Assembly: GCA_964594985.1 (NCBI GenBank)
Contig: CAZQNQ010000003.1
Span: 81,446 to 145,445, forward strand
Direction: 5' to 3'
From: an uncultured Bifidobacterium sp.
GTDB lineage: Bacteria; Verrucomicrobiota; Verrucomicrobiia; Limisphaerales; JADLHS01
DNA length: 64,000 nucleotides
Shown here: one piece after another, positions 7,182-15,800 of the stretch
Layout: each line of letters opens with the position of its first letter
How positions within the stretch are numbered: the first letter of the stretch is position 1
The notes under the pieces: model-generated
Database searches by the model: none
The model's input: the letters and a program-made list of their open reading frames with translations, nothing else
What the model was told of the DNA's origin: nothing
Translations under genes and position numbers: made by a program

Positions 7182-10100
7182 TTAATCAACCTTGTTCGCA
7201 AATCGGGGGCCGCTGGACTCGGGCAGACCGGTCAACGGGACAAATAATTCGACCTTCGTGCCCAGGCCAATGGTGCTGACGACTTCCACCTTGCCGCCGA
7301 TCTGTTCGAGCCGCCGGTGGATGCCAGCCATGCCGTAGCCGGAAATCACCCGATTTCCACCGGAACTCCGGCTGGACTTGGGGTCAAAGCCCGTGCCGTT
7401 GTCGGACACACGCAACTTCAACCCGGCGGGGCGCAGTTCAAAAGTCACCAGAACTTCGTTCGCCCCGGAATGTTTCACCGCGTTGTTGAGCGTCTCCTTA
7501 AACGCGAGGAACAGGTTGTGGCGCACTTCCGAACGCACGGTCAGTTCGGGCACCTGTGTCGGCGCGTCCAGCCGACAGCGGATCTGCGCGGCGCTCAGAA
7601 AGTCGTGGGCGAAGCGCGCGATGTAGTTCGTCAAGCTGTCAAGCGTGTCGTGGCGCGGGTTCACCGCCCAGACGATTTCATCCATTGCCCGCGTCAGGTC
7701 GCGCGCCGTGTCGTAGATCTGGTTCAAACTCGAAGTCGCGCGCGGCAGATCGTCCAGATCGCCGGCCGCCGACTGACTCAACATGCCGATGCGCGTGAGG
7801 CTCGCACCGAGATCGTCATGGATGTCCTGTGCGATGCGGGACCGTTCGCGTTCCAATTCGCGTTCGCGGGCGATACGTTCCAGTTTACGTTGCAAACGAC
7901 GGCGGGATTCGAGAAAGAAAATTCCGGCGATCGCGGCGACACTCGCAACAATCATCGCTGTCTTGAACCACCAGGTCTGCCAGAAATGCGGCTGCATGAT
8001 GATGGTCAGCGCATCGCCGGATTCGCTCCACAAACCATCGCTGTTGCACGCGATGACGTGAAACGTGTATTCGCCCGGTGGCAGAAAACTGTACGTGACG
8101 CGGCGGCGTAATCCACCATCCATCCAATCCGGATCGAGCCCTTCCAGCCGATACTTGAATTGCACCCGCTCCGGCGAAGTGAAGCTCAGGCCGGTGAATT
8201 GCACGTCCACCTGTCGGCGCCCGGGCTGTAGCACGACGGAGTTTCGCTTTTCCAATTCCTTGCCACGCCCGCCGCGCGTGACGGTGTCGCGATTGATCAC
8301 CGCAGGCTGTCCATCCACCAACGTCTCCTCGATCCACACCGGCGGGCGGACGGGATTGGATCGGGCCGCCTTGGGATTGAGCACGGCGATGCCTCGCGCG
8401 GTGGAAAACCAAAACCGCCCATCCGGCGCGCGAAAACCCGACGGCGTGAAGCCCCCCGTGCCCGCGAGCGTGGTCATGCCCTCGGCTTTGCCGTAGGCCA
8501 GCACATCGAGTTTCGCCGGCAGGCCGTCCGCGCAAGCGTTCAACTGCGCCTTGCTGATCCGATACAAGCCGATGGGGGAGTTGAACCAGAGATTGCCCAG
8601 TTGATCGTCTTCGATGTGATAAATCGTATTGGCCGGCAACCCGTTGGCGGTGTTGATGACGCGGAATTGTCCATTCTTGTATCGGCACAACCCCATGTCG
8701 AGCATCCCGATCCATAGCGTGCCGTCGGGTTCGCAGCACAGCGAAAGGATGAAATTTTCCGGGAGGCCATTTGTGGTTTGAAAAGTTTTGAACGCTCCGT
8801 TCCGCCACCAGCCCAGGCCCGAACCTTGCGTGCCGATCCAGATGTCACCGTTTGCCCCGGTCTCGATCACCCGCACGTCGCCGGCCGCGGCCCCGCCAAA
8901 ATGGGCGAACCGTTCCAATTTCTCGTTGCGCATCCTGACCAGGCCGGCTCCGGTGCCGATCCAGATTGTTCCCGCCGGGAATTCTTTAAGCGCCACCACC
9001 GGATCAGCCGGAACAATCGAGTTGGTCTGGGCGACAAAGCGGTCCTGCTCCAGCCGGAACAATCCCCCGCCCCACGTGCCCGCCCAGACTCGTTTCTGAC
9101 TATCCTCGAAGATTGACCACACGAACAGATTTGCCAGCCCCTGGTTTTCACCGTAGTGAGTCCAGTTCGTTCCATCAAAATGATAAACGCCGGCGCCTTC
9201 GGTCGTCGCCCAGATGCTGCCGTCATGCGCCCGGGTAATGGAATAGACTGGCCGCCCCTGCCAATCATCCGGCGGGCTGTACATCGTCACCTTGCGCTCC
9301 CGCAGCAACGCCAGCCCGCCGCCGGTGCCGACCCACAAATTCCGTTCGCGATCTTCCGCGACACTGCACACCCAATCCTGCGGCAGACCGTTGCCGCGGT
9401 TGAGTTGAAACCAGCCCGTCTCCGGGTCATGCACGAACAACCCATGTTGCAACGTGCCCACCACCAAGCGTCCCGAAGAAGTCTCCAGCATCGTCGTGAT
9501 CGAGACGTCGTTTTGCGGGAACGCGCCGAGGTCCGTCGTCCAATTCGTGCCATTCCATTTCCGCACTTTGCCTTCGCCCATCAACCACAACTGTCCGTCG
9601 CGCGATGCCGCCATCCCCGGGTAATACGGCCGCTCCGACGGATCGCCAAAATCCACGTGTTGATATCCTTCCGCGGTAAGCCGCGCCACCACGCCGTTGC
9701 GCACGACGTAGGCACGATGCGCCGCATCCCGCGTCACGCGCGGATTCACGAAGGGATTCTCGCCCATCAATGCCGGCGGCCGCTGGATGATCCCATCCTT
9801 GAGCCGCACCGCTTCGCCCAATTGATTTAAGCCCCACACATCGCCGTGCTCATCCTCGGCGAAATCCTTGATCGGCACATCGCTCCACGCCGGCGGTAAT
9901 TTGATCTGGCTGAAGCTCTCCTCGGCATAACGCGAAATCTCTCCCGTATCGTGACCGATCCAGATATTGCCATTGGAATCTTCCAGCAGCCCCGTGACGC
10001 GGCTGTTCGCCAGCCCCTTGGTGTTGGAGGAATTGAAAACCTTGAAGCGCACCCCATCAAACTGTGCGATGCCATTATACGTCCCGATCCAGATGTAGCC

Positions 10101-10328
10101 GGGTCGCGTCTGGATCACCGCGGTGGCGGTATTCTGCGGCAATCCATTGTCCGCGCGCCACGTCTCGATTGCATACTCGGCGGAAGATTTGACGGCAACG
10201 GCATTGGAAACCGTCTGGGCACTCGCCCCGAAACCGCTGAATGCCAGCCACAGCGCCATCAAGCAACCCATTGAGTTCCAGGCGCGACGCCTCCGGCGTG
10301 GAGGCGGTGGTGGCAGCAAAAGGCTCAT
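7182..10328 (-). CDS. sensor histidine kinase with periplasmic beta-propeller repeats and Y_Y_Y domain (HisKA_3 + HATPase_c)
   Basis: 1048 aa with a signal peptide. More than 8 propeller repeats of the form IWIGT..GL. Y_Y_Y domain: VQFKYRLEGLDPDW...YTFHV. TM segment: WWFKTAMIVASVAAIAGIFFL. H-box: RIAQDIHDDLGASLT. ATPase: NAVKHSGA...SDNGTGF. Confidence 0.9.
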   Translation of the reverse strand: MSLLLPPPPPRRRRRAWNSMGCLMALWLAFSGFGASAQTVSNAVAVKSSAEYAIETWRADNGLPQNTATAVIQTRPGYIWIGTYNGIAQFDGVRFKVFNSSNTKGLANSRVTGLLEDSNGNIWIGHDTGEISRYAEESFSQIKLPPAWSDVPIKDFAEDEHGDVWGLNQLGEAVRLKDGIIQRPPALMGENPFVNPRVTRDAAHRAYVVRNGVVARLTAEGYQHVDFGDPSERPYYPGMAASRDGQLWLMGEGKVRKWNGTNWTTDLGAFPQNDVSITTMLETSSGRLVVGTLQHGLFVHDPETGWFQLNRGNGLPQDWVCSVAEDRERNLWVGTGGGLALLRERKVTMYSPPDDWQGRPVYSITRAHDGSIWATTEGAGVYHFDGTNWTHYGENQGLANLFVWSIFEDSQKRVWAGTWGGGLFRLEQDRFVAQTNSIVPADPVVALKEFPAGTIWIGTGAGLVRMRNEKLERFAHFGGAAAGDVRVIETGANGDIWIGTQGSGLGWWRNGAFKTFQTTNGLPENFILSLCCEPDGTLWIGMLDMGLCRYKNGQFRVINTANGLPANTIYHIEDDQLGNLWFNSPIGLYRISKAQLNACADGLPAKLDVLAYGKAEGMTTLAGTGGFTPSGFRAPDGRFWFSTARGIAVLNPKAARSNPVRPPVWIEETLVDGQPAVINRDTVTRGGRGKELEKRNSVVLQPGRRQVDVQFTGLSFTSPERVQFKYRLEGLDPDWMDGGLRRRVTYSFLPPGEYTFHVIACNSDGLWSESGDALTIIMQPHFWQTWWFKTAMIVASVAAIAGIFFLESRRRLQRKLERIARERELERERSRIAQDIHDDLGASLTRIGMLSQSAAGDLDDLPRATSSLNQIYDTARDLTRAMDEIVWAVNPRHDTLDSLTNYIARFAHDFLSAAQIRCRLDAPTQVPELTVRSEVRHNLFLAFKETLNNAVKHSGANEVLVTFELRPAGLKLRVSDNGTGFDPKSSRSSGGNRVISGYGMAGIHRRLEQIGGKVEVVSTIGLGTKVELFVPLTGLPESSGPRFANKVD

Positions 10329-10377
10329 CGGTTCGCGAGCTAGTTAACCGATGCCGCCCTCGCTATCAAGCCGGCAC

Positions 10378-12624
10378 TCATCGTTCGTAATTAAACTTCG
10401 CCTTCAAGTCGCCCACGAGCACTTCAAACTCCCCCGGCTCGGCAACGGTCTGGCTCTGCGCGTTGACGAACGCAAGATCCGCCGCGCGCAACTCAAACTG
10501 TACCGGCTTCGTCTCGCCCGGCTGCAGTTCCATCTTCGTGAACGCGCGCAATCGCTTGCCCGGCGGCGTGAGCGACGCGTAGCGGTCGGACGTATAAAGC
10601 TCCACGACTTCTTTGCCCGCGCGCGGGCCGGTGTTTGTTACCTCGACCGTCACCGTCACCGTCCCCTTGCCTTTCAATCGCGCCGAACTCAACTTGAGAT
10701 TCTTCGCCTCGAACGTCGTGTAACTCAGCCCATGACCGAACTCCCACTGCGGCTTGGCCGGATTGACCTTCGTATCGCCCGGCGCGGAAATTTCCGCGAC
10801 CATGCTGGTGTATTTGCGATCGTAGGTGAGCAGGTTGTTGGCATGGCGCGCGTAGGTGAACGGCAGCTTGCCGGATGGGTTCGTGTCGCCGGCGAGGATG
10901 TTCGCGATCGCCTGCGCGCCGCCTGCGCCCGGCCAATACGCGAGGACAATTCCCTTCGCGCCCGGCTCAATTTCACTGATGACGCGACCACGCCCTTCAA
11001 CCAGCACGAGCACCACAGGCTTGCCGGTGGCGTAAAGGCGCTTGGCAAATTCCTGCTGTCCTGCGGACAGATTGAAGTCGTTGATGTCGCCCGGCGTTTC
11101 CGCATAGGCGTCTTCCCCGAGGCAAAGGACAATCACAGCCGCGTTCGTTGCTGCCGCGAGGGCCGCCTCGGCGTCCACATTCTTGCCCTCGAAATCCACG
11201 CCGCGATGTGCACTGACATTCGCTGTCCCCAGTTTTTGCTTCAACGCTTCAGCAATCGTCAGCGAGCCTTTCGGATACACCTTCTCATCCGCGCCCTGCC
11301 ACGTGAACGACCAGCAACCGTGCAACGCACTGATGCTCGTCGCCGCCGGCCCGGCCACCAACACCTTCGCAGATTTGGCGAGCGGCAGGATGTTGCCTTC
11401 GTTCTTCAAGAGCGTGATGGCTTCTTCTGCTGCGGTGAGCGCAACTTGCTTGTATTCGGGTTTGCCAAATTGCCCGACCGTTTCCGGCTCGATGTAAGGA
11501 TTCGTGAACAAGCCGACGTCCGCCTTGAGTTGCAAGATGCGACGGACGGATTCGTTGATGCGCTGCTCGGAAACCTTGCCTTCCTTCACGAGTTGCTTGA
11601 GCAGTGTGAAGAACGTGTAATCCAGCGGCACCATGCTCATGTCGAGCCCGGCATCCACCGCCTGCCGCACCGCTTCGGCGGGCGAATCCGCCGTCTTGTG
11701 CCACGTGTGCAGCCGGATGACATCCTCCCAATCCGACACGATCACGCCCTTGAATCCGAGTTCGCCGCGCAATACATCGGTGAGCAGATACTTGCTGCCA
11801 TGCGCGGGCACGCCGTTCACTTCGCCCGAGTTCACCATCACCGTCCGCGCGCCGGCTTTCACCGCGGCTTGGAACGGCGGGAGGAAATATTCACGCAGAT
11901 GGAAATCAGGAATCAACGCCGGCGACCGGTCCTTGCCCGTGAGCGGAAACGAATATCCGATGTAGTGCTTCAAGCACGCCGCCACGCTGGTCGGCGCACC
12001 CAGGTCGTCGCCTTCAAAGCCGCGCACGGCTTCAACACCGAACACCGAAGCGAGATACGGATCTTCGCCGAACGTCTCGGGAAACCGCGCCCACACCGGA
12101 TGCCGCCCCACATCCAGCACCGGCGCAAACGTCCAACGCAAACCGGCGGCGCGCGTCTCCGCCGCGGAGATTTCCGCGCTGCGCCGCATCAGCGCCGGAT
12201 TACGCGTCGCGGCCATCGCGATCTGTTGCGGAAACAAAGTGGAATCCAGCACGAACGTCGCGCCGTGGATGGAATCAATCCCGTAGAGCAACGGAATCTT
12301 GTGCGGTGTCTCGGCGCGGATCAGGTCCTGGATCGTCTGGTTGACGTAAGTCCATTCCTCGATGGAGAGCGCGCGCCCGAGGCCGTTGTTGATGAATGAA
12401 CCGACGCCGTATGTGACGACCGCTTCCCGGAGTTTGGCTTCATCCAGTTTGATGGGCGATGAACCTTTGACCGTCACCGTCATCAGGTCCAGTTGCACCA
12501 TCTGCCCGATCTTTTCGTCGAGGGAAAGTTTGGCGAGGAGTTTGTTCACGTCGGTTTTGGTCTGGCAAAAACTAGACGTTGCGGCGCCCAGCGCCAGCGC
12601 GCCGGTCAGGAGGATTGATTTCAT
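10378..12624 (-). CDS. glycoside hydrolase family 3 beta-glucosidase-like enzyme, secreted
   Basis: 748 aa with a signal peptide. Motifs: GIDSIHGATF, KHYIGYS, GVIVSDWEDV (GH3 nucleophile Asp context), plus a C-terminal fibronectin-like domain. Confidence 0.9.
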   Translation of the reverse strand: MKSILLTGALALGAATSSFCQTKTDVNKLLAKLSLDEKIGQMVQLDLMTVTVKGSSPIKLDEAKLREAVVTYGVGSFINNGLGRALSIEEWTYVNQTIQDLIRAETPHKIPLLYGIDSIHGATFVLDSTLFPQQIAMAATRNPALMRRSAEISAAETRAAGLRWTFAPVLDVGRHPVWARFPETFGEDPYLASVFGVEAVRGFEGDDLGAPTSVAACLKHYIGYSFPLTGKDRSPALIPDFHLREYFLPPFQAAVKAGARTVMVNSGEVNGVPAHGSKYLLTDVLRGELGFKGVIVSDWEDVIRLHTWHKTADSPAEAVRQAVDAGLDMSMVPLDYTFFTLLKQLVKEGKVSEQRINESVRRILQLKADVGLFTNPYIEPETVGQFGKPEYKQVALTAAEEAITLLKNEGNILPLAKSAKVLVAGPAATSISALHGCWSFTWQGADEKVYPKGSLTIAEALKQKLGTANVSAHRGVDFEGKNVDAEAALAAATNAAVIVLCLGEDAYAETPGDINDFNLSAGQQEFAKRLYATGKPVVLVLVEGRGRVISEIEPGAKGIVLAYWPGAGGAQAIANILAGDTNPSGKLPFTYARHANNLLTYDRKYTSMVAEISAPGDTKVNPAKPQWEFGHGLSYTTFEAKNLKLSSARLKGKGTVTVTVEVTNTGPRAGKEVVELYTSDRYASLTPPGKRLRAFTKMELQPGETKPVQFELRAADLAFVNAQSQTVAEPGEFEVLVGDLKAKFNYER

Positions 12625-12733
12625 GTCGCATCAAGGCTTCGGAACTGAGTCGAACCAGTGTAGGCAAAACCATCGGCCCGGTCTGTCGTGTAAACCGACG
12701 ACGGCCACCCCGCCTTGACCCTCCTCCGATTCC

Positions 12734-12867
12734 TGTGGCAAACTCGCGTCAGTGATAGCAATCAATTGACTGAATGAATGAAGCGTGAATGCGCAACAGT
12801 ATACAAAACCAAGAACCGACCCCTTTCCAAAACCAAGAACCGACCCCTTTCAGAACCGACCCCTTTC
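12734..12867 (+). repeat. direct repeat copy 1 (starts TGTGGCAAACTCGCG; ends with three head-to-tail copies of the 16-19 nt motif (CCA)AGAACCGACCCCTTTC)
   Basis: Identical to 13824..13933 except for one substitution (12774 A versus 13864 C) and one extra 24-nt motif unit. Motif copies lie at 12809..12827, 12833..12851 and 12852..12867. Confidence 0.9.
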
Positions 12868-12900
12868 TGACTTTCCGGAAGGAGGAAGATTTATGATAAA

Positions 12901-13113
12901 ATGAACAGATGCGGAGACTGTTGCCGATTGGATGGGTATATGGTGTTTAACATAATTAATGTGATGGGCAAAGAGTCGTACAACAGACATTGGCAGAAGG
13001 CAGGTTTTAAGCCTACACCGAATAAGACAACCCCCGGGCCTCAAAGCAACTATACGATGCACTTTAATTGGGAAGAACATATCGAAGCCAGTGGTTGTCC
13101 AGATGCGCAATAA
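12901..13113 (+). CDS. small Cys-containing hypothetical protein in the low-GC islet
   Basis: 70-aa ORF (MNRCGDCCRLDGY...SGCPDAQ). It is preceded by GGAGG (12881) and a 3-codon mini-ORF (ATG 12893) whose TGA overlaps this ATG. Its stop overlaps the next ATG (13103). Low GC. Confidence 0.3.
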   Translation: MNRCGDCCRLDGYMVFNIINVMGKESYNRHWQKAGFKPTPNKTTPGPQSNYTMHFNWEEHIEASGCPDAQ

Positions 13114-13587
13114 TATCCATATAGCCCGGCCCTTAATTCTGTGTTCTCTTCTCTCTTGTTTTCTACTGGGAGCTGGCTGTAACGTAGAAAACAGGTTGTG
13201 CTGGGTACTTCAATTTTGAACGGCAGTGTTACTGCACAAGTATGTAAAAATATCGGAATTGACGATGCTGCCCTTTTTTTACAAATCGTCCGTGATGGTG
13301 AGACGAACTACTACTTGGTCCAGTTTTCTTCGTACCCAGGTTTCCCTAGTACACACATTTCGCTAAAATATTCTGAATCTAAAAAAACGCTTTGGATGAT
13401 TGGGCATCAACCTGGAGGCGAGGACTTTATCGTTGCCTACGTGTTGGAAGAGGGATACTTCTACGACAAGCATGGTAAAATGCTACATTCTTCAAAATCT
13501 TTAGATATTCGGACCCCAGAATATAGAAGTGGAGCGATACCTGATGTTGCTGATGATGCCAAAGAAGTGTTGTCGATTCGATATTAA
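13103..13587 (+). pseudogene. lipoprotein-like gene split by a frameshift (signal peptide in one frame, 129-aa body in another)
   Basis: ATG 13103 encodes MRNNIHIARPLILCSLLSCFLLGAGC (lipobox-like) and then stops at about 13217. The 129-aa ORF 13198..13587 is open from 13183 in the other frame. The frames switch around the A-run GTAGAAAACAGG (13184..13195). Confidence 0.4.
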
Positions 13588-13604
13588 GTAGATGCACACC
13601 GTAA

Positions 13605-13710
13605 TAAAGGGGTCGCTCCTGGAAAGGGGTCGGTTCTTGGGAAAGGGGTCGGTTCTTGGTATTGACTACTCCCTGCCTTTGGGTGGAAAGGAAAGGGGTC
13701 GTAGACCTGG
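13605..13710 (-). repeat. array of the same motif in inverted orientation (GAAAGGGGTCGGTTCTTGG)
   Basis: Perfect copies at 13622..13640 and 13641..13659. Degenerate copies at about 13606..13622 and 13691..13710. This is the reverse complement of the motif in the two direct repeats. Confidence 0.85.
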
Positions 13711-13823
13711 CACGGCGGGGGAAGCGAACTCGGGTTGGAGTGTTTCCGGACGGAAAAGTCCGAGCCCAGTGGCGACCCAAACCGGGGCCGAGAGTGATGA
13801 GGAAAAGTGATTGCCTAAGGCGG

Positions 13824-13933
13824 TGTGGCAAACTCGCGTCAGTGATAGCAATCAATTGACTGACTGAATGAAGCGTGAATGCGCAACAGTATACAAAACC
13901 AAGAACCGACCCCTTTCAGAACCGACCCCTTTC
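13824..13933 (+). repeat. direct repeat copy 2 (TGTGGCAAACTCGCG...; two motif copies)
   Basis: See 12734..12867. Motif copies lie at 13899..13917 and 13918..13933. The repeat ends exactly where SGNH-like coding sequence begins. Confidence 0.9.
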
Positions 13934-14075
13934 CTATTATCTGCCCGGCAAACACTTGCTGGGTGACGATGGGGAAGGCACGACAGACGGGTCGCATCCG
14001 AACGATCTGGGATTTCAGCGGCAGGCGGAGGCTTTCAGCTCGGCGTTAGCACCGCTCTTGACCCCGGGACGTTAA
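13934..14075 (+). pseudogene. C-terminal remnant of an SGNH/GDSL-family hydrolase
   Basis: The tail of ORF 13875..14075 reads ...LPGKHLLGDDGEGTTDGSHPNDLGFQRQAEAF... DGSHPN matches the D-x-x-H catalytic block V of SGNH hydrolases. Only about 45 residues are present, and the upstream part of the ORF is repeat sequence. Confidence 0.5.
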
Positions 14076-14232
14076 AGACGAGAATTGCTGGAAAGCCGCC
14101 TGTCCTCCGTTTTGACGACGTGAATCACGGGGCCGGGGGTTGTACGTTAGCGCAGAAGCCTGTAAACCTTTTGTTGCGATTCTTGTATCGCATCAAAACC
14201 AGGCAGGCGGATTGAGCCGATAATACGCAAAC

Positions 14233-14556
14233 ATGAAGCGATTTTTGATCAGCGGCGGGGTCTTGTGCCTAGGACTCTGGTTGGCAAGCGGCTGCAGCAA
14301 AGAGCCGCCCGCTCCGGCTCCGGGCTCAGGAACGATGGTCACGCAAGGGACTTCCGCTGAAGCAACCAGCACCTATGCGGACGCCAACCTCGCCGAGCTG
14401 ACACGGGAGTTGCGCCGTTGGATCGTGGCCACCCGCGAAAAGCCCGCGAGTTTTGATGATTTTGCCACCAAGGCGAAAATCAAGGTCCCGCCCGCCCCGG
14501 CGGGAAAGAAATACGCCCTCAGTTCCGAGATGCGCGTCATCCTCGTCAACCACTAA
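14233..14556 (+). CDS. small secreted/lipoprotein-like protein preceding a pseudopilin gene
   Basis: 107 aa with signal peptide and Cys (LWLASGC). The C-terminal half LAELTRELRRWIVATREKPASFDDF...PPAPAGKKYAL is a pattern I recall from small PVC proteins adjacent to pseudopilin genes. There is an 11-nt gap to the next gene. Confidence 0.7.
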   Translation: MKRFLISGGVLCLGLWLASGCSKEPPAPAPGSGTMVTQGTSAEATSTYADANLAELTRELRRWIVATREKPASFDDFATKAKIKVPPAPAGKKYALSSEMRVILVNH

Positions 14557-14567
14557 CCTGATCTGTC

Positions 14568-15491
14568 ATGCAAACCACCAACCACCGCACCGCAATAAAG
14601 AGTCGCCCCAACCGACCGGCGCAAGGTTTCACGCTGATTGAATTATTGGTCGTCATCGCGATCATTGCGATTCTCGCCGCGATGTTGTTGCCCGCCCTCG
14701 CCAAAGCCAAAGCCAAAGCGCAGCGCGCCGTTTGCGTCTCGCAACAAAAACAACTCGGTGTCGGCATCACGATGTTCACGATGGATCGCGATGACATGTT
14801 CCCTCCCGCCGCCTACGGTGCAACCAGTGGACAGTTGTCCTGGGATGTTTATATCTATCCGTATCTGGGCGGAAAAGCCGCCGAATCGGACTTGAATCAG
14901 GGCATCGTGGATCAAGCCTTCGCGCCGAAGATTGCCATGTGCCCGGCCGATCGCGGCCCGAAAGTCTGGTGGATTACCGACACCTTCTCCGGCGTGCGTT
15001 CCTATGCCATGAACGGGGCCGGCCCCAACCAATCCACGGACTATCAGATCTCGACCGCCAACCAAAAGTATCCCCTGCCCAACCCGAATCGTGGCGTGGG
15101 AATTTATTGGCAAGACCACGGTTTGTTTGGCGGACGACCCGATATGGAGGCGCGCAGCTTCAAATCGTCAGTGGTGCGGGACATGGGCGGGACCATCCTG
15201 CTGGTGGAAGAACCCAACGGTCAAGGGGCGGTCGGAAACGTGTGGCCCAGCATCAGTCTCGGACCGCAAGGCTCGGGATCGCTCTATCAGATTGACCCCG
15301 CCGCGCCGGTGCAGGACCCCAATGCCACCGGCGGTGTGAATCAAGGCAACTTGGTTTACAAATCCCACGGCCAACGCTTCAACTACCTTTTCCACGACGG
15401 CCATGTGCAGGCGTTGAAAACCAGCGAGACCATCGGCAGCGGCACATTGACCGCATCGAAGGGGATGTGGACTGTGGCTGCCGGAGATTAA
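14568..15491 (+). CDS. prepilin-type N-terminal cleavage/methylation protein with C-terminal H-X9-DG motif (DUF1559-like pseudopilin)
   Basis: 307 aa. G|[24 protein letters not shown] with Glu at +5. C-terminal HGQRFNYLFHDGHV is H-x9-DG. Confidence 0.9.
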   Translation: MQTTNHRTAIKSRPNRPAQGFTLIELLVVIAIIAILAAMLLPALAKAKAKAQRAVCVSQQKQLGVGITMFTMDRDDMFPPAAYGATSGQLSWDVYIYPYLGGKAAESDLNQGIVDQAFAPKIAMCPADRGPKVWWITDTFSGVRSYAMNGAGPNQSTDYQISTANQKYPLPNPNRGVGIYWQDHGLFGGRPDMEARSFKSSVVRDMGGTILLVEEPNGQGAVGNVWPSISLGPQGSGSLYQIDPAAPVQDPNATGGVNQGNLVYKSHGQRFNYLFHDGHVQALKTSETIGSGTLTASKGMWTVAAGD

Positions 15492-15800
15492 GCAAACCGG
15501 ATGACGACTGCTGTTTCGCGTGAAAATGCTTTTTGTATGCCGCATTCCTGGCGGCTTGCAAGTCGGTCGCCCCGCTTCGCGCCGGCGGGTTCAACACCTG
15601 CAAAAGCCTCTGATTTTACAGGCTTCTCAACACTGTCATGACTTTTGATGACGTGTCGCGAATTTGCTTCATGCTAAGTTACAACCATGAATCCAGCGAA
15701 CAACAGCCACTTGTCCCTTTTATCTGGGCGAGATGCGGTGAGATATTGATGAAGTTTCCTGCGACAGTTTCTCCAAGCCCCAACCAACCCACTAACACAA

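Noticed and set aside
10351-12399. 682-aa plus-strand ORF, and similar long ORFs at 28796..30631, 33992..35806, 46452..47984, 48429..49682, 51335..52567, 55890..57350, 57796..58998 and 59002..60912
   Set aside because: All lie antisense to, and fully inside, genes with clear family motifs. Their translations are Arg/His/Gly/Pro-rich low-complexity strings without motifs. This is the usual shadow-ORF artefact of high-GC DNA, where stop codons are rare on the opposite strand.
12809-12867. Possible CRISPR array (short direct repeats)
   Set aside because: The 16-19 nt units are contiguous or separated by only 5 nt, with no spacers. Only 2-3 units occur per block, and the same unit occurs inverted 750 bp away. 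No cas genes are in the window.
13660-13823. GC-rich 165-nt stretch between the inverted motif array and repeat copy 2, considered as a riboswitch or small RNA
   Set aside because: I compared it by eye with cobalamin, TPP and SAM riboswitch cores and with group II intron domain V and found no convincing match. Only a short local hairpin (CGGACGGAAAAGTCCG) is visible. It needs an Rfam/Infernal scan before any claim.
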